In this document: positions 20,593 through 31,537 of the stretch, piece after piece | How positions within the stretch are numbered: position 1 is the first letter of the stretch | Layout: every line of letters starts with the position of its first letter | Origin: an uncultured delta proteobacterium | Lineage (GTDB): Bacteria > Desulfobacterota > Desulfobacteria > Desulfobacterales > QNYZ01 | DNA: 64,000 nucleotides | Direction of reading: 5' to 3' | Assembly (NCBI GenBank): GCA_963845145.1 | Contig: CAWJQU010000001.1 | Span: forward strand, 320,001-384,000 | Notes under the pieces: model-generated | What the model was told of the DNA's origin: nothing | Seen by the model: only the letters and a program-made list of their open reading frames with translations | Database searches by the model: none | Translations under genes and position numbers: made by a program

Positions 20593-22452
20593 TTAAATTG
20601 ATACCCGATCCAATTCGGCATCGAATTCGGCTTCCTGGGACTCATACGCGTCAGTCACTTCTTCCAGCCGGGTGAAAAACCGGTCGATTTCCATCTGCAG
20701 ATGGTGAATTTCTTTGGATAGCATGGCGATCTTTTTTCCATTACCGGTAGTAGATGCATCAATCATCTTCCGGTTATACCGGCTCAGCTCTGCTTCGCGC
20801 TTTTCAATATTCTTCTCGACTTCCTTCATCTCTTTTCTCAAGGGCTTTAATGCGTTGGTTTTGCGCGTCAAAACCTCTGATCGCATCTGACGCATCTCTT
20901 TTTTTGATAAGCGCTCGGGGGTATTGCTATCCGAAAGGATGGGGGCTCCGTTTACCGCTTGCACGTTCTCTTCCTGCCAACCCACTCGATCGAGAAAATC
21001 CTGGTAGGACCCTTCAAACAGATCCGTTCGGCCATTTTGAAAAACAATCAATCGTTCTGCCAGGGCATGCAGAAACATTTCATTATGTGTCACCATGATT
21101 AAGGTGCCGTCAAAAAAATCCAATGCGGCCAGCAAGGCATCGCAGGCATCCATATCGAGATGGTTGGTTGGTTCATCCAGTAGCAACAGGTTCACAGGCG
21201 TAATCAGGATCTTTCCCAACATCACCCGGCTCTTTTCGCCACCAGAGAGGATGCTTATCTTTTTGGTGGCGTCGTCACCTGAAAAAAGCATGGCTCCACA
21301 AATGTTCCGCACCGACTGTCTATCCGTGCCGCCCTGCGCGAGGCCGATCTCATCCTCCACCGTGCGCGTATCCACCAACGATGTGGCATTACTCTGTTCA
21401 AAATAACCAGTGGCAATGTTGGGGTTAAATTGAAACTGCCCCTTTTGGGGCGACAAAGCACCCGCCATGATCTTTAGCAGCGTGGTCTTGCCACGACCGT
21501 TTTTACCGATAATGCCGATACGGTCACCGGCATTCACGGAAATATTAAAACCGCTGAATAGTGGGTGATTTTTATCATACCCAAAAGCAACATCTTCGGC
21601 GGTGAATACATGCCGCCCTTTGGAAGGAATGCTGGGAATTGAAAATTCAAGGGATTGAACCGCTGTCAGTTTTTCTTTTTTTTCCATCTTAGCCAGGGTT
21701 TTCACGCGGGACTGAACCATGTTGGCCAGTCTTGCCTTAGCCCGAAAACGGTTGATGAAAAGCGCAACTTCCTTTTTACGTTTTTCATCGTTTAGGCGTG
21801 TCTTTTCGTAAATGGCCTCCTCTTGGACAATCTGGGAGTAATATTTTTCCGTGTCGCCGGCAATTTTTTTAATTTGGCCCCGATGAATCCCGATGGTATG
21901 GGTCACCAGCTTATCCATAAAAGTGCGATCATGGGTGATCAGTATCAACTCATGCGGCCAGTTTGACAAAAAGCCCTCAATCCATCGGATGGAAGCAATG
22001 TCCAGATAATTGGTGGGTTCGTCGAGCAGGAGCAGATCAGGTTCGGAGATGAGGGCCCTTGCCAAATTAAGCCGCACCTGAAATCCGCCTGAAAATTCAC
22101 CGGGGGGGCGATTGAAATCTTCCTCCGAAAATCCGAGCCCGGCCAGAATCCGCTCCACCTTCCAATGCTGATCCCGTTCATTGGGCGGCAGCGCCGATAT
22201 TCCTTCCTCAAGAATCGTATTCGCGGTAAAACTCACATGCTGCTTAACATACCCAATTCTATAATTGCGGGGAATATTCAGCTTCCCTTCATCCATATTC
22301 TCCAACCCGGCGATAATTCGAAACAGGGTCGTTTTTCCATGGCCGTTACGGCCTACCAAACCCACCCGTTCGCGGGAGTTTATCTGAAAGCGCACACCCT
22401 CAAACAGGCGACGCTCACCGTAGCTTTTATGTAAATTTTCGATGCTGATCAT
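20593..22452 (-). CDS. ABC-F family ATP-binding protein
   Basis: Two ABC domains (GRNGHGKTT/FSGG/LLDEPTN; GKNGRGKTT/LSGGE/LLDEPTNH), no TM segments, C-terminal coiled coil. Start reassigned to ATG 22452. Confidence 0.92.
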   Translation of the reverse strand: MISIENLHKSYGERRLFEGVRFQINSRERVGLVGRNGHGKTTLFRIIAGLENMDEGKLNIPRNYRIGYVKQHVSFTANTILEEGISALPPNERDQHWKVERILAGLGFSEEDFNRPPGEFSGGFQVRLNLARALISEPDLLLLDEPTNYLDIASIRWIEGFLSNWPHELILITHDRTFMDKLVTHTIGIHRGQIKKIAGDTEKYYSQIVQEEAIYEKTRLNDEKRKKEVALFINRFRAKARLANMVQSRVKTLAKMEKKEKLTAVQSLEFSIPSIPSKGRHVFTAEDVAFGYDKNHPLFSGFNISVNAGDRIGIIGKNGRGKTTLLKIMAGALSPQKGQFQFNPNIATGYFEQSNATSLVDTRTVEDEIGLAQGGTDRQSVRNICGAMLFSGDDATKKISILSGGEKSRVMLGKILITPVNLLLLDEPTNHLDMDACDALLAALDFFDGTLIMVTHNEMFLHALAERLIVFQNGRTDLFEGSYQDFLDRVGWQEENVQAVNGAPILSDSNTPERLSKKEMRQMRSEVLTRKTNALKPLRKEMKEVEKNIEKREAELSRYNRKMIDASTTGNGKKIAMLSKEIHHLQMEIDRFFTRLEEVTDAYESQEAEFDAELDRVSI

Positions 22453-22710
22453 GGGTATCGGCTCAACTGCGTTTGGTAACGGTTTTGGGTATTTCGATCG
22501 AATAAAGAGGATTATGCTACGCAACCCAAAGGATTGTGTCAACAAATGGCTGCCGAAAGATAACACTGGAAGGGCACAATCGATAGAAAGAGGGTAAACG
22601 CTTTACCCTTATTGAATGATGTAAAAACTTCGCGATAAAACCTTTTAAGCTATTAATCTTGCGCTTCCACGGAAAGCTTCCGGAATAAATAAAAACCCCT
22701 GATTTTTTTC

Positions 22711-22758
22711 TTGACATGGGGAAGCTGTCTTTATATGAGATAAATCATATCTTATATA
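22711..22758 (+). promoter_or_regulatory. Promoter (-35 TTGACA) with an overlapping 11-5-11 inverted repeat, candidate Rrf2 operator
   Basis: TTGACA at 22711; TATATGAGATA-aatca-TATCTTATATA (1 mismatch) at 22732-22758. Confidence 0.55.
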
Positions 22759-22796
22759 TCCTATATTGGTTTGTATTACACTCACGGGAATAAATT

Positions 22797-23246
22797 ATGC
22801 GAATAACAATGGCAGCTGAATATGCAATACGATGTATCCTCTATTTAACCCAGCAAGGCCGGGGCGTACTTGTCAAACGACTAAAAATAGCGGAAGAGGC
22901 GGATATTCCCTCTCATTTTCTTGCCAAAATTGCCCAGGATCTGGCCAGGGGAAATCTTATTGAAATCCGCCAGGGTTCCCGGGGGGGCTTGGCCCTTATA
23001 AAAAACCCGACATCCATCACTTTGCTGGAAGTGGTTGAAATTATGATTGGCGAGATCTTTCTTAACGACTGTGTCGCCCTGCCGGATTCCTGTAAGGTTT
23101 CTTATAGTTGTTCTGTCCATCAAATATGGATGCAGGCCAGGGACCAGCTACGGAATACATTGGAAGGCGTCACCTTCGATCAATTGGCCAAAAAAGGTCC
23201 TTGTGTACCAATTCTTCCGGAGATGGATCCCTCCGGCAACAAATAA
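22797..23246 (+). CDS. Rrf2 family transcriptional regulator
   Basis: MRIT...EYAIR, IA....IP..FLAKI and G..GG..L...P..ITL motifs; three Cys (C-x5-C-x5-C) suitable for Fe-S binding. Confidence 0.92.
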   Translation: MRITMAAEYAIRCILYLTQQGRGVLVKRLKIAEEADIPSHFLAKIAQDLARGNLIEIRQGSRGGLALIKNPTSITLLEVVEIMIGEIFLNDCVALPDSCKVSYSCSVHQIWMQARDQLRNTLEGVTFDQLAKKGPCVPILPEMDPSGNK

Positions 23247-23513
23247 ATGGATATAGATGTGACAAACAAAACAATGCGAGCAGAAACATCTACGGAACGA
23301 CCAGGCCGGCTACAATTTGGCCTTTTTTCAAGGGTATTCCAATTCTATATGGATGGTTTTCGCCGAATGACGCTGGGTCGGACATTATGGAAACTGATTA
23401 TCATCAAGTTGATTATTATGTTTGGCGTGCTCAAGCTGTTTTTTTTCCAAGGATTTTTAGAATCGAAGTTTACACGGATAATCAGCGAGCAGACTATGTT
23501 GTTGAGCAAATGA
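23247..23513 (+). CDS. DUF4492-type small membrane protein (probable frameshift near 23470; true end may be 23566)
   Basis: FY.DGFR.MTLG.TLW..I.IKL.IMF..LK.FFF pattern typical of proteins encoded upstream of cydA. Confidence 0.8.
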   Translation: MDIDVTNKTMRAETSTERPGRLQFGLFSRVFQFYMDGFRRMTLGRTLWKLIIIKLIIMFGVLKLFFFQGFLESKFTRIISEQTMLLSK

Positions 23514-23558
23514 CCCAATTTGTCCCTAATACAAACCCGCAAAAGGAGGTAGAAAAAA

Positions 23559-25094
23559 ATGATTGATAGTTTTGACCTGTCCATGGTGAACTGGGCCAGG
23601 GCGCAATTTGCACTCACGGCCATGTATCACTGGATCTTTGTACCGCTCACACTGGGTATCACATGGATCATCGCTTTTTACCATTCCATCTACTATAAGA
23701 CCGGTAGTCGGGAATGGGAGCGGTTGACCCGATTCTGGATGAAACTTTTCGGTATCAACTTTGCCATCGGTGTCGCGACCGGCATCATCCTTGAGTTTGA
23801 GTTCGGTACCAATTGGTCCAACTACTCGTGGATGGTGGGTGATATCTTTGGTGCGCCACTGGCCATTGAGGGAATCGTCGCTTTTTTCCTGGAAGCCACC
23901 TTTTTTGCCGTCATGTTTTTCGGCTGGGAGCGTGTTTCCAAAAGATTCCATCTCTTTTCCACATGGATGGTGGCCATCGGCTCCAACCTGTCCGCCGTAT
24001 GGATACTGGTAGCGAACGCCTGGATGCAGCACCCAGTCGGCCAGGCATTTAATCCGGATACGGCTCGATTTGAAATGCAGAATTTTTCTGATGTGGTTTT
24101 TCGCCGGTAGCGGTTTCCAAGTTTACACACGCCACCAGCTCTTCCATGTTGCTGGCATCGTTCTTTATTATTTCCATATCATCCTGGTACCTGCTCAAGG
24201 GCAGGCATATCCAAATGGCAAAACGATCCATCATGGTAGCGGCGCTTTTCGGCTTACTCTCTTCCGGATTCGTCATCTTTACCGGCGACGAAGCCGCATA
24301 CGAGGATGCCCAGCACCAGCCCATGAAGCTTGCTGCCATTGAAGGACTCTACGACGGGGAACGCGGTGCCGGAGTTATCGCTTTTGGCATGCTCAACCCA
24401 GATAAAAAACCGGGTGATAATCAAAATGCCTTCAACTTTGAAATCCGCATTCCCGGGTTGCTTTCCCTGCTGGCCAACCGTTCGATCAACTCTTTTGTCC
24501 CCGGCATAAACGATCTGGTATATGGCAATGAAAAAGAAAATATTATGGGAACCGCCCAAAAGATCGACAAGGGCAAGATTGCCCTTGCTTCACTGGATAC
24601 TTATAAAACCGAAAAGAAAAAAGGGAATTCGGCGACATCCGACAAAGCGCTTACTGTTTTTAATGAAAACAAGGACTACCTTGGCTACGGATTTCTGACC
24701 CAACCTGAAGAAGTCGTACCACCTGTTGGAATGTCTTTTTACACATTTCACATCATGGTGGTTCTGGGGGGCTCTTTCCGCTTGGTCTGTCTGGCATTTC
24801 TTTATTTCTCCTTCAAAGATTTGTTGCATGGAAAAAAGATGGTTGCTCGGTCTTGGCACGAGTATGTTTTTTCTCAGCATGATCGCCTCTCAGGCCGGTT
24901 GGATCGTCGCCGAAGTGGGTCGACAACCCTGGACCATACAGAATCTGCTTCCGGTAACGGTGGCCCGCTCGAACCTGACGGCAGGCACGGTGCAGACCAC
25001 TTTTTTCATGTTTTTTGTGCTTTTTGCCATCCTACTTATTGCCGAGATACGGATTATGACCAAACAAATCAGCATCGGTCCGGAGGAGAACTAA
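23559..25094 (+). CDS. cydA: Cytochrome bd quinol oxidase subunit I; frameshifts near 24100 and 24832
   Basis: [46 protein letters not shown] and [12 protein letters not shown] spread over three frames. Confidence 0.93.
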
Positions 25095-25095
25095 A

Positions 25096-26228
25096 ATGAT
25101 AGGAAACCTTGATTATACAACACTACAGCACCTTTGGTGGCTGCTATGTTCAGTTGTCGGCGCCTTGTTCCTTTTTCTAACCTTTGTTCAGGGCGGACAA
25201 ACCCTGCTATGGCAGGTGGCAAAAACAGACACAGAGAAATCTCTGGTCATCAATCACTGGGACGCAAATGGGAACTGACCTTTACAACCTTGGTCCTCTT
25301 CGGTGGCGCGCTCTTTGCCGCTTTCCCAAAATTTTACGCCACCAGCTTTGGTGGCGCCTACTGGGTCTGGGTGCTGATTCTGTTTACCTTTGTCCTCCAG
25401 GCCGTCAGCTTCGAGTATCGAAAAAAACAAAATAATCTGCTCGGAGAAAAGGTCTATGAATTATTCTTATTCATCAATGGGTCCGTAGGCATCCTGCTGA
25501 TCGGAGCGGCTGTCGGCACCTTTTTCACCGGGTCTAATTTTGGGCTGAACAGCTATAACTTTGTTACCTGGCTCCATCCTCTGCGCGGTCTTGAGGCGGC
25601 TTTCAGCCTCTTTAACCTGTCTCTTGGCCTGTTTTTGGTCTTCAACGCGCGCACCTTGGGCGCGATGTATCTGATCAACAACATCGACTATACAACATTA
25701 CCGGATATGGAAACCCGCATTCGCAAGGCGACGCTTACGAATTTTATCATTTCCTTACCGTTTCTGCTCTACGTTCTGGTTAGCCTTTTGTTGATGAAGG
25801 GGTTTGGTATCGTCGACGAACAGGGCACTATCGCCCTGGTTGCACGTAAATACCTATCCAACCTGCTGGCCAATCCATGGTTGCTGGTACTGTTACTTCT
25901 CGGTCTTGTGATGGTTATCCTGGGCGTACTGAAAACAGCCAAATCCGACAGTACGGCCGGTATCTGGTTCGGAGGTCTCGGCACCGTTCTGGTCGGTTTG
26001 ACGGTACTGTTGCTGCCGGCTTACAACCAAACCGCCTTTTATCCGTCAAAGGCCGCCCTTCAATCCAGCCTGACCATCTATAATGCGTCGTCAAGCCCGT
26101 ACACACTGACAGTGATGACCTACGTGGCAATCGCCATTCCGTTTGTACTGGCCTATGTCGCTTATGTCTGGCGGTTAATGGATAAAAAGAAACTGACGGC
26201 TGCTGAAATATCAGACTATGGATATTAG
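25096..26228 (+). CDS. cydB: Cytochrome bd quinol oxidase subunit II; frameshift near 25255
   Basis: GRKWELTFTTLVLFGGALFAAFP..YATSF and SLTIYNASSS.YTL..M motifs. Confidence 0.92.
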
Positions 26229-26269
26229 CCCACTGCGACCAAATTTTGGTTATATTTAAGGAGATCTTT

Positions 26270-26362
26270 ATGAATACGTTTTTACTCTTATCCTGGGTTG
26301 CACTGATTGGTGTTTCTTACTGGGGAGCACTGATTATTCTGAAAAAAACAAACTTATATTAA
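26270..26362 (+). CDS. 30-aa single-TM peptide, candidate small subunit of cytochrome bd (CydX/CydY-like)
   Basis: TAAGGAG RBS; MNTFLLLSWVALIGVSYWGALIILKKTNLY*, 41 nt after the cydB stop. Confidence 0.7.
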   Translation: MNTFLLLSWVALIGVSYWGALIILKKTNLY

Positions 26363-26901
26363 TTTGTCATCCGTTATCCGGCGGGAGCGTTACCTTAATA
26401 CAATTCCAATGCAGCGGCCTTAAGCACAAGTAAAACGACTTCAGGCCAAATTTTATGCAATGTCAGGGTTAATTCCGCCGGATAGCTATTTTCCGCATCC
26501 CATAATTTAAACTTGAATTCTGTTGTGTTTTTTGAAATTTTTCTTTGTCGAAAATTTCATACCCTATCCTTTTACCCTCCTCAGCCAAACGGCCCTCCCT
26601 TGTTTTAACAAACCCATTATTCTTCTCACTCAGAAAGATCGGTTTTATTTTTTCGTTATCAGGACAGAGGCAATCTACTGAACATGGAAAATAAGCGGAT
26701 TGTATGCTACTCTTCATCTCCAGAAGCGCGCTATAACCGCAACCCCATTTAATTGTTTTCAGAGGCCAAATGGCTCTTTGGATATTTTTATTAACCGGTT
26801 ACCCCTTTTTATCGGTATATAGACACGCACGGTTTAAACTTTTGATATTGGCCTTTAAAATGCTTTTCACTAAATCCCAAACGGTTTAATTAATCTTTGG
26901 C

Positions 26902-28941
26902 ATGAAGAAAAAAACACTAATTGCCTTGTCGATATTACTTGTATTGACCATAAACCTGGTCATTTTTTTTCAAGTAAAAAAAGGATCAAAGGATCTGAAC
27001 AAAACAGCAGCGGTTAATGGCGCACTTGACCTAAGCGCCTGGAATTTTATTAATGACGGGGTAGCAAGGCTTGATGGAGAGTGGGAGTTTTACTGGAACC
27101 AATTCATATATCCTGGTGATTTCAATGAAAGCGTAAAAATAAATCAGCCAAATTTGATTCACGTGCCTACCCGATGGAACAAGCCATCTCTCGGAAATAG
27201 TCCATATGATAGTTTTGGGTTTGCGACCTACCGTTTGACAATTACCATAAATTCAACCCAAAAGCTAAAAGGTTTTAAGATACCGGAAATAAACACATCT
27301 TATAAAATGTGGGTAAATGGCGAGCTTTTGGCCGAAAACGGAATCGTCGGGAAAGACAAAGCAACATCGCGTCCTCAATATCTTCCACTCATAAAAATGT
27401 TCAAACCGGATAGCAACCGGGTTGAACTTGTCATCCATGTATCAAATTTCCACTATGCGCATGGGGGTATCTGGAAAAGTATTTTATTTGGAAATGAATC
27501 GGAGATCCTGAAACTTAGAAAATACGGCATAATGTTTGAAGTATTTCTCATTGGTGCACTATTTGCTATGGGCATATACCACGCCGGGCTCTACATGCTG
27601 TATAGAAAAGAAAGTGCCATGCTCTATTTTGGTATTTTTTGCCTGATGATTGTGATTAGGGCCTCTTTGACTGGCGAACGTTTGCTTCTAAACCTTTTTC
27701 CTGTGTTACCATGGGAATGGGCACTAAAAATCGAACTTCTGCCGATATTTTGGGGGCCAGTAATATTTTTACTTTTCTTAAGGGCATTATATCCAGGAGA
27801 AATTAATCGCCATGTATATCACTTGATTCTATATTCAGAGATTATCGGCAGCCTACTTTTTTTACTCCTTAAACCTATATTTTTTGAACAATTATTCATT
27901 TTTTTCCAACTGTTGCTGGCCATATTATGCGCTTATTACTTTGCTATTCAGATTTCTGCCCTTAGAAAAAAACTGTATGGGGCAAGTTTTATGGTAACAG
28001 GGTTTGTTGTTTTATTTTTAACAGTTATCAATGATATCTTACATTCCCAATTTTTAATTAAAACATCTTTTATCGTGCCCTTCGGAATGATTTTCTATCT
28101 TCTTTTTTCTTTTGCCTTGCAAAAAAAGTTTGTCCAAGCCGAAAAAAAATTGCGGTCACAAAGAGATCAATTAAAGCGGGCCGAGAAAATGACAACCCTC
28201 GGAACGTTCATCTTATGTGTAACCCACGACATCAATAACCCTAATACCTCAATAAAAATAACATCTCAGGGACTTGCTGATTTATGGAAAGGTGTCGTTC
28301 CTGTTTTAGAGGAGTACAAAGATGAATTTGGTGATTTTGAGATAGGCGGAAGCACGTTTATGGATTTAAAAACAAATGTTCCAGGAGATTTCTCCAGAAT
28401 AATTCGTAACTCCGAGAGGATTCACCACATTGTTAACGGTTTAAAGACATTCATCAATCCCAGCAAAGATATCATAGATAAAAATATAAGCGTCAACTCA
28501 ATAATTAAGACCTCTGTGAATCTTTTCCATAATGACACAGGAAAAAACATCTCAATATCGATAGACCGTGAAAGACATATTCCAAAAATCAGGGCGAAAT
28601 TTTGGGACATTGTTCAAGTGGTCATCAATCTTATACAAAATGCCTGTGATGCTGTTCATAAAGACGGTGGCCGTATTCGAATCCGATCATTTTCCAACCG
28701 TCTTGAAAAAAAAGTATATATAGAGGTTAAGGACAATGGGGCGGGTATAAGTGAAGATAAAATTTCAAATATCTACAAAGAGTTCTACACAACCAAAAGA
28801 GGCACAAATAGTATTGGGCTTGGACTGTTTATTGCATCTGTCATCATCAAAAACCATAATGGCGAGCTGAACATACATTCTGATAAAGAAAAAGGCACTA
28901 CCGTATCAATCATCTTCAACATGATAGAAGAAACCAAGTAA
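26902..28941 (+). CDS. Sensor histidine kinase with 7TM-DISM extracellular and membrane domains
   Basis: NG.LDLS.W......LDGEWEFYW and GFATYRL (7TM-DISM extracellular pattern); multiple TM segments; H-box THDINNP, N-box NLIQNA, DNGAG and GLGL. Confidence 0.9.
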   Translation: MKKKTLIALSILLVLTINLVIFFQVKKGSKDLNKTAAVNGALDLSAWNFINDGVARLDGEWEFYWNQFIYPGDFNESVKINQPNLIHVPTRWNKPSLGNSPYDSFGFATYRLTITINSTQKLKGFKIPEINTSYKMWVNGELLAENGIVGKDKATSRPQYLPLIKMFKPDSNRVELVIHVSNFHYAHGGIWKSILFGNESEILKLRKYGIMFEVFLIGALFAMGIYHAGLYMLYRKESAMLYFGIFCLMIVIRASLTGERLLLNLFPVLPWEWALKIELLPIFWGPVIFLLFLRALYPGEINRHVYHLILYSEIIGSLLFLLLKPIFFEQLFIFFQLLLAILCAYYFAIQISALRKKLYGASFMVTGFVVLFLTVINDILHSQFLIKTSFIVPFGMIFYLLFSFALQKKFVQAEKKLRSQRDQLKRAEKMTTLGTFILCVTHDINNPNTSIKITSQGLADLWKGVVPVLEEYKDEFGDFEIGGSTFMDLKTNVPGDFSRIIRNSERIHHIVNGLKTFINPSKDIIDKNISVNSIIKTSVNLFHNDTGKNISISIDRERHIPKIRAKFWDIVQVVINLIQNACDAVHKDGGRIRIRSFSNRLEKKVYIEVKDNGAGISEDKISNIYKEFYTTKRGTNSIGLGLFIASVIIKNHNGELNIHSDKEKGTTVSIIFNMIEETK

Positions 28942-28945
28942 TGAT

Positions 28946-30355
28946 ATGAAAAATCCTCTATTTCCTATTTTAATTGTTGATGACGAAGAGGACATTCTAG
29001 CGTCTTACAGCATGGCATTGAAACAGTCGGGACTAACAAACCTAATTCTTTGCCATGAAAGCGCATGCGTCCTCCAAATTATTGAAAATGAAGCCATATC
29101 CATAATTCTACTTGACTTGATTATGCCGGATATCGATGGAATTAGTTTGTTAAAAATTATACAGGAAAAATATCCACAGATTCCCGTGATCGTTATTACA
29201 GGAACAGACGATGTCTCATTAGCGGTTGAGTGCATGCAGCTTGGCGCACACGATTTTATCGTTAAACCGGTTGACAGTCTGCGGCTTTACAGCAGTGTTA
29301 AGCGGGCCTTGGATATATATTACCTTGAAACTGAGGTGAAAAGACTAAAAGGGACTGTTTTATCGCAAGAACTGAATCATCCGAAAACATTTAGCCATAT
29401 TGTTACATCTGCACCATCTATGTTTGCCATATTTAAATACATAGAAGCCATTTCTGATAGTCTGAAACCGGTGTTGATTACGGGAGAAAGTGGGGTTGGT
29501 AAAGATCTGATCGCAAAGGCAATACATTGTTTGAGCCATAGAGATGGAGAATATGTTTCCGTTAATGTTGGTGGGCTTGATGACACGGCCTTTTCTGATT
29601 CCCTATTCGGTCATAAAAAAGGAGCTTTCACAGGCGCCCATTCACATCGTCAAGGGCTCGTTCAAAAAGCCCAAAATGGCACTTTGTTTCTCGATGAGAT
29701 CGGAGAGCTTGAGAACGGTTCTCAGGTAAAATTACTCCAACTTCTACAAAACAACGAATATTATCCCCTCGGCTCCGATATTATTAAAAAATCTTCCGTC
29801 AAAACCATTGCCGCCACCAATCAGGATTTAGAAAGCCTAATAAAAAAAGGTGCGTTTAGAAATGACCTATATTACAGATTAAATATACACAGAATCCATA
29901 TCCCACCACTAAGAGAAAGGGTAAACGATATACCACTGCTTGTCAGTCATTTTATTAAAAAGGCATCAAAGGAATTAAAAAGGCCGGAGCCCGAAATCAG
30001 CGCCCACCTAATATCCATGCTGAAAAAATACCGTTTTTCCGGAAATATACGCGAACTTGAATCGATAATCTATAATGCGGTCAGCTTGAGCTTAAATGGG
30101 GAATTTGATGAATGTATCCTTCATTCAATAACAGACAATGAGGCCCTCATAAATTGTAATCCTTCCGAAGACGGACTTGAGTCAAAAAATATGCCTTCAT
30201 TTATCACCTATTCCGGTGACATTCCAACATTACATGAAGCTGAGGAATTTTTTATCGGCGAGGCGTTGAAAAAAGTGGGCGGAAATCAAACGCTGGCATC
30301 AAAAATTCTTGGAATTTCCCAATCCACATTGAGCCGGCGGCTTAGCTCACACTGA
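28946..30355 (+). CDS. Sigma54-dependent response regulator (NtrC family)
   Basis: Receiver domain (IVDD, LLDLIMP), GESGVGKD, GAFTGA, FLDEIGE, FRNDLYYRL and a C-terminal HTH. Confidence 0.94.
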   Translation: MKNPLFPILIVDDEEDILASYSMALKQSGLTNLILCHESACVLQIIENEAISIILLDLIMPDIDGISLLKIIQEKYPQIPVIVITGTDDVSLAVECMQLGAHDFIVKPVDSLRLYSSVKRALDIYYLETEVKRLKGTVLSQELNHPKTFSHIVTSAPSMFAIFKYIEAISDSLKPVLITGESGVGKDLIAKAIHCLSHRDGEYVSVNVGGLDDTAFSDSLFGHKKGAFTGAHSHRQGLVQKAQNGTLFLDEIGELENGSQVKLLQLLQNNEYYPLGSDIIKKSSVKTIAATNQDLESLIKKGAFRNDLYYRLNIHRIHIPPLRERVNDIPLLVSHFIKKASKELKRPEPEISAHLISMLKKYRFSGNIRELESIIYNAVSLSLNGEFDECILHSITDNEALINCNPSEDGLESKNMPSFITYSGDIPTLHEAEEFFIGEALKKVGGNQTLASKILGISQSTLSRRLSSH

Positions 30356-30372
30356 AAAAAATCATAATATGC

Positions 30373-30404
30373 ATGCAAAATGAATATACTTATTCATTTT
30401 GCAT
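30373..30404. promoter_or_regulatory. Perfect 14-4-14 palindrome, candidate enhancer (UAS) for the sigma54 activator
   Basis: ATGCAAAATGAATA-tact-TATTCATTTTGCAT, about 100-130 bp upstream of a -24/-12 motif. Confidence 0.6.
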
Positions 30405-30501
30405 AGAAATATGCGCTTTTTAGTTATTATTTTCTCCTTTATTATTCCAACATCCAATTAAGATATCACCACTATAGCCAACTAAATATTCTTTCACCCC
30501 T

Positions 30502-30518
30502 CCGGCACATGACTTGCA
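30502..30518 (+). promoter_or_regulatory. Sigma54 (-24/-12) promoter
   Basis: CCGGCACATGACTTGCA: GG-N10-GC, matching YGGCAC-N5-TTGCW. Confidence 0.75.
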
Positions 30519-30785
30519 ATTGAAGCACTAAATCTTAAAACCCATAAAGTCATATGGGGCTAAAACTCTACGACCTCAATTATAAGGGTTTTTCTTATCT
30601 GGTTGGACAATTTGTATAGAAATGACCGCCCAAAGAAGGATTGAAATAGAAGCGTTTGAAATCTAATTACTATTACTTTTTGGAACGCATAGCAACAAGT
30701 AAAAGGGGGTTAAAAAAATGCGGTATTTTAGATTTAACGGTACTCATCACAAAGCAAAAAACCATTCCAACCTTGGAGAAAAAGA

Positions 30786-31364
30786 ATGAAAAACATCATA
30801 TCGGTGATGGTACTTTGGCTACTAATCATGGTCTGCACATTTAATGTCGCTACAGCGAAAGAGTGGCGATTTCCAGTAGGATTAACCTTTGTATCCGGTT
30901 TCAGTGATATCGTTGATCGCATTGAAGACAACATGGGCTTTGTGGAAACCGTCGATTATCTCCCCATCGGGTTAACGTTCCAACCATATCTCCAATTTGA
31001 CAATGGCTTCGGTGTGGGCATTGGATTCGGCCCTATGATGTGGATCACCGGTGATGCCGACCTATTTAATCTTCCAGTCAACGTAAATGGCCGTTATACC
31101 TTCAAGCCGAAAGGCACGGTATCACCCTATGTGCGGGCTGGTATCTCGACCCATTTGGCCAGCGGAGACTATGTTGAAAGTTCAAAACCAGGTTTTTTCG
31201 GCGCTGTTGGTGTGGAATTTTTAAAAGACAAAATGGTCTCCATGGGTGTCGAGGTTGGTTATGACACCTCAGAATTAGAGATGGAGGACACCTCTTTCAG
31301 AGGCGGCGGAACTGAAGATATTCAACCATTGGCGTTTATGATCAACTTGTTTGCCGTTTTTTAA
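30786..31364 (+). CDS. Outer-membrane beta-barrel protein (small, 8-strand type)
   Basis: Signal peptide ending ATA, alternating amphipathic strands, SPYVRAG motif, C-terminal Phe. Confidence 0.8.
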   Translation: MKNIISVMVLWLLIMVCTFNVATAKEWRFPVGLTFVSGFSDIVDRIEDNMGFVETVDYLPIGLTFQPYLQFDNGFGVGIGFGPMMWITGDADLFNLPVNVNGRYTFKPKGTVSPYVRAGISTHLASGDYVESSKPGFFGAVGVEFLKDKMVSMGVEVGYDTSELEMEDTSFRGGGTEDIQPLAFMINLFAVF

Positions 31365-31388
31365 CCCCTGGATAGAAAAAACAAAAAA

Positions 31389-31537
31389 ATGGAACGAAAA
31401 ATGATCTTTAAAAGCATTGCATAGTTGTTTTTAATTATTTTCGCATTCAACGGATGTGCGTTTACAGCAACCATTAAGCCAGTAAAACCACTTGATGCCC
31501 AACTGTCCAATTTCAAGTACACCACGCGGAGTACAAA
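31389..31537 (+). pseudogene. Remnant of a lipoprotein gene (signal peptide interrupted by TAG)
   Basis: MERKMIFKSIA*LFLIIFAFNG-CAFTATIKP...: a lipobox with an in-frame stop, after which the frame runs into the next gene. Confidence 0.4.

Noticed and set aside
30530..30610. Degenerate c-di-GMP-I riboswitch after the sigma54 promoter
   Set aside because: Only a CCCATA/TATGGG stem; conserved nucleotides are absent. An Rfam scan would be needed.
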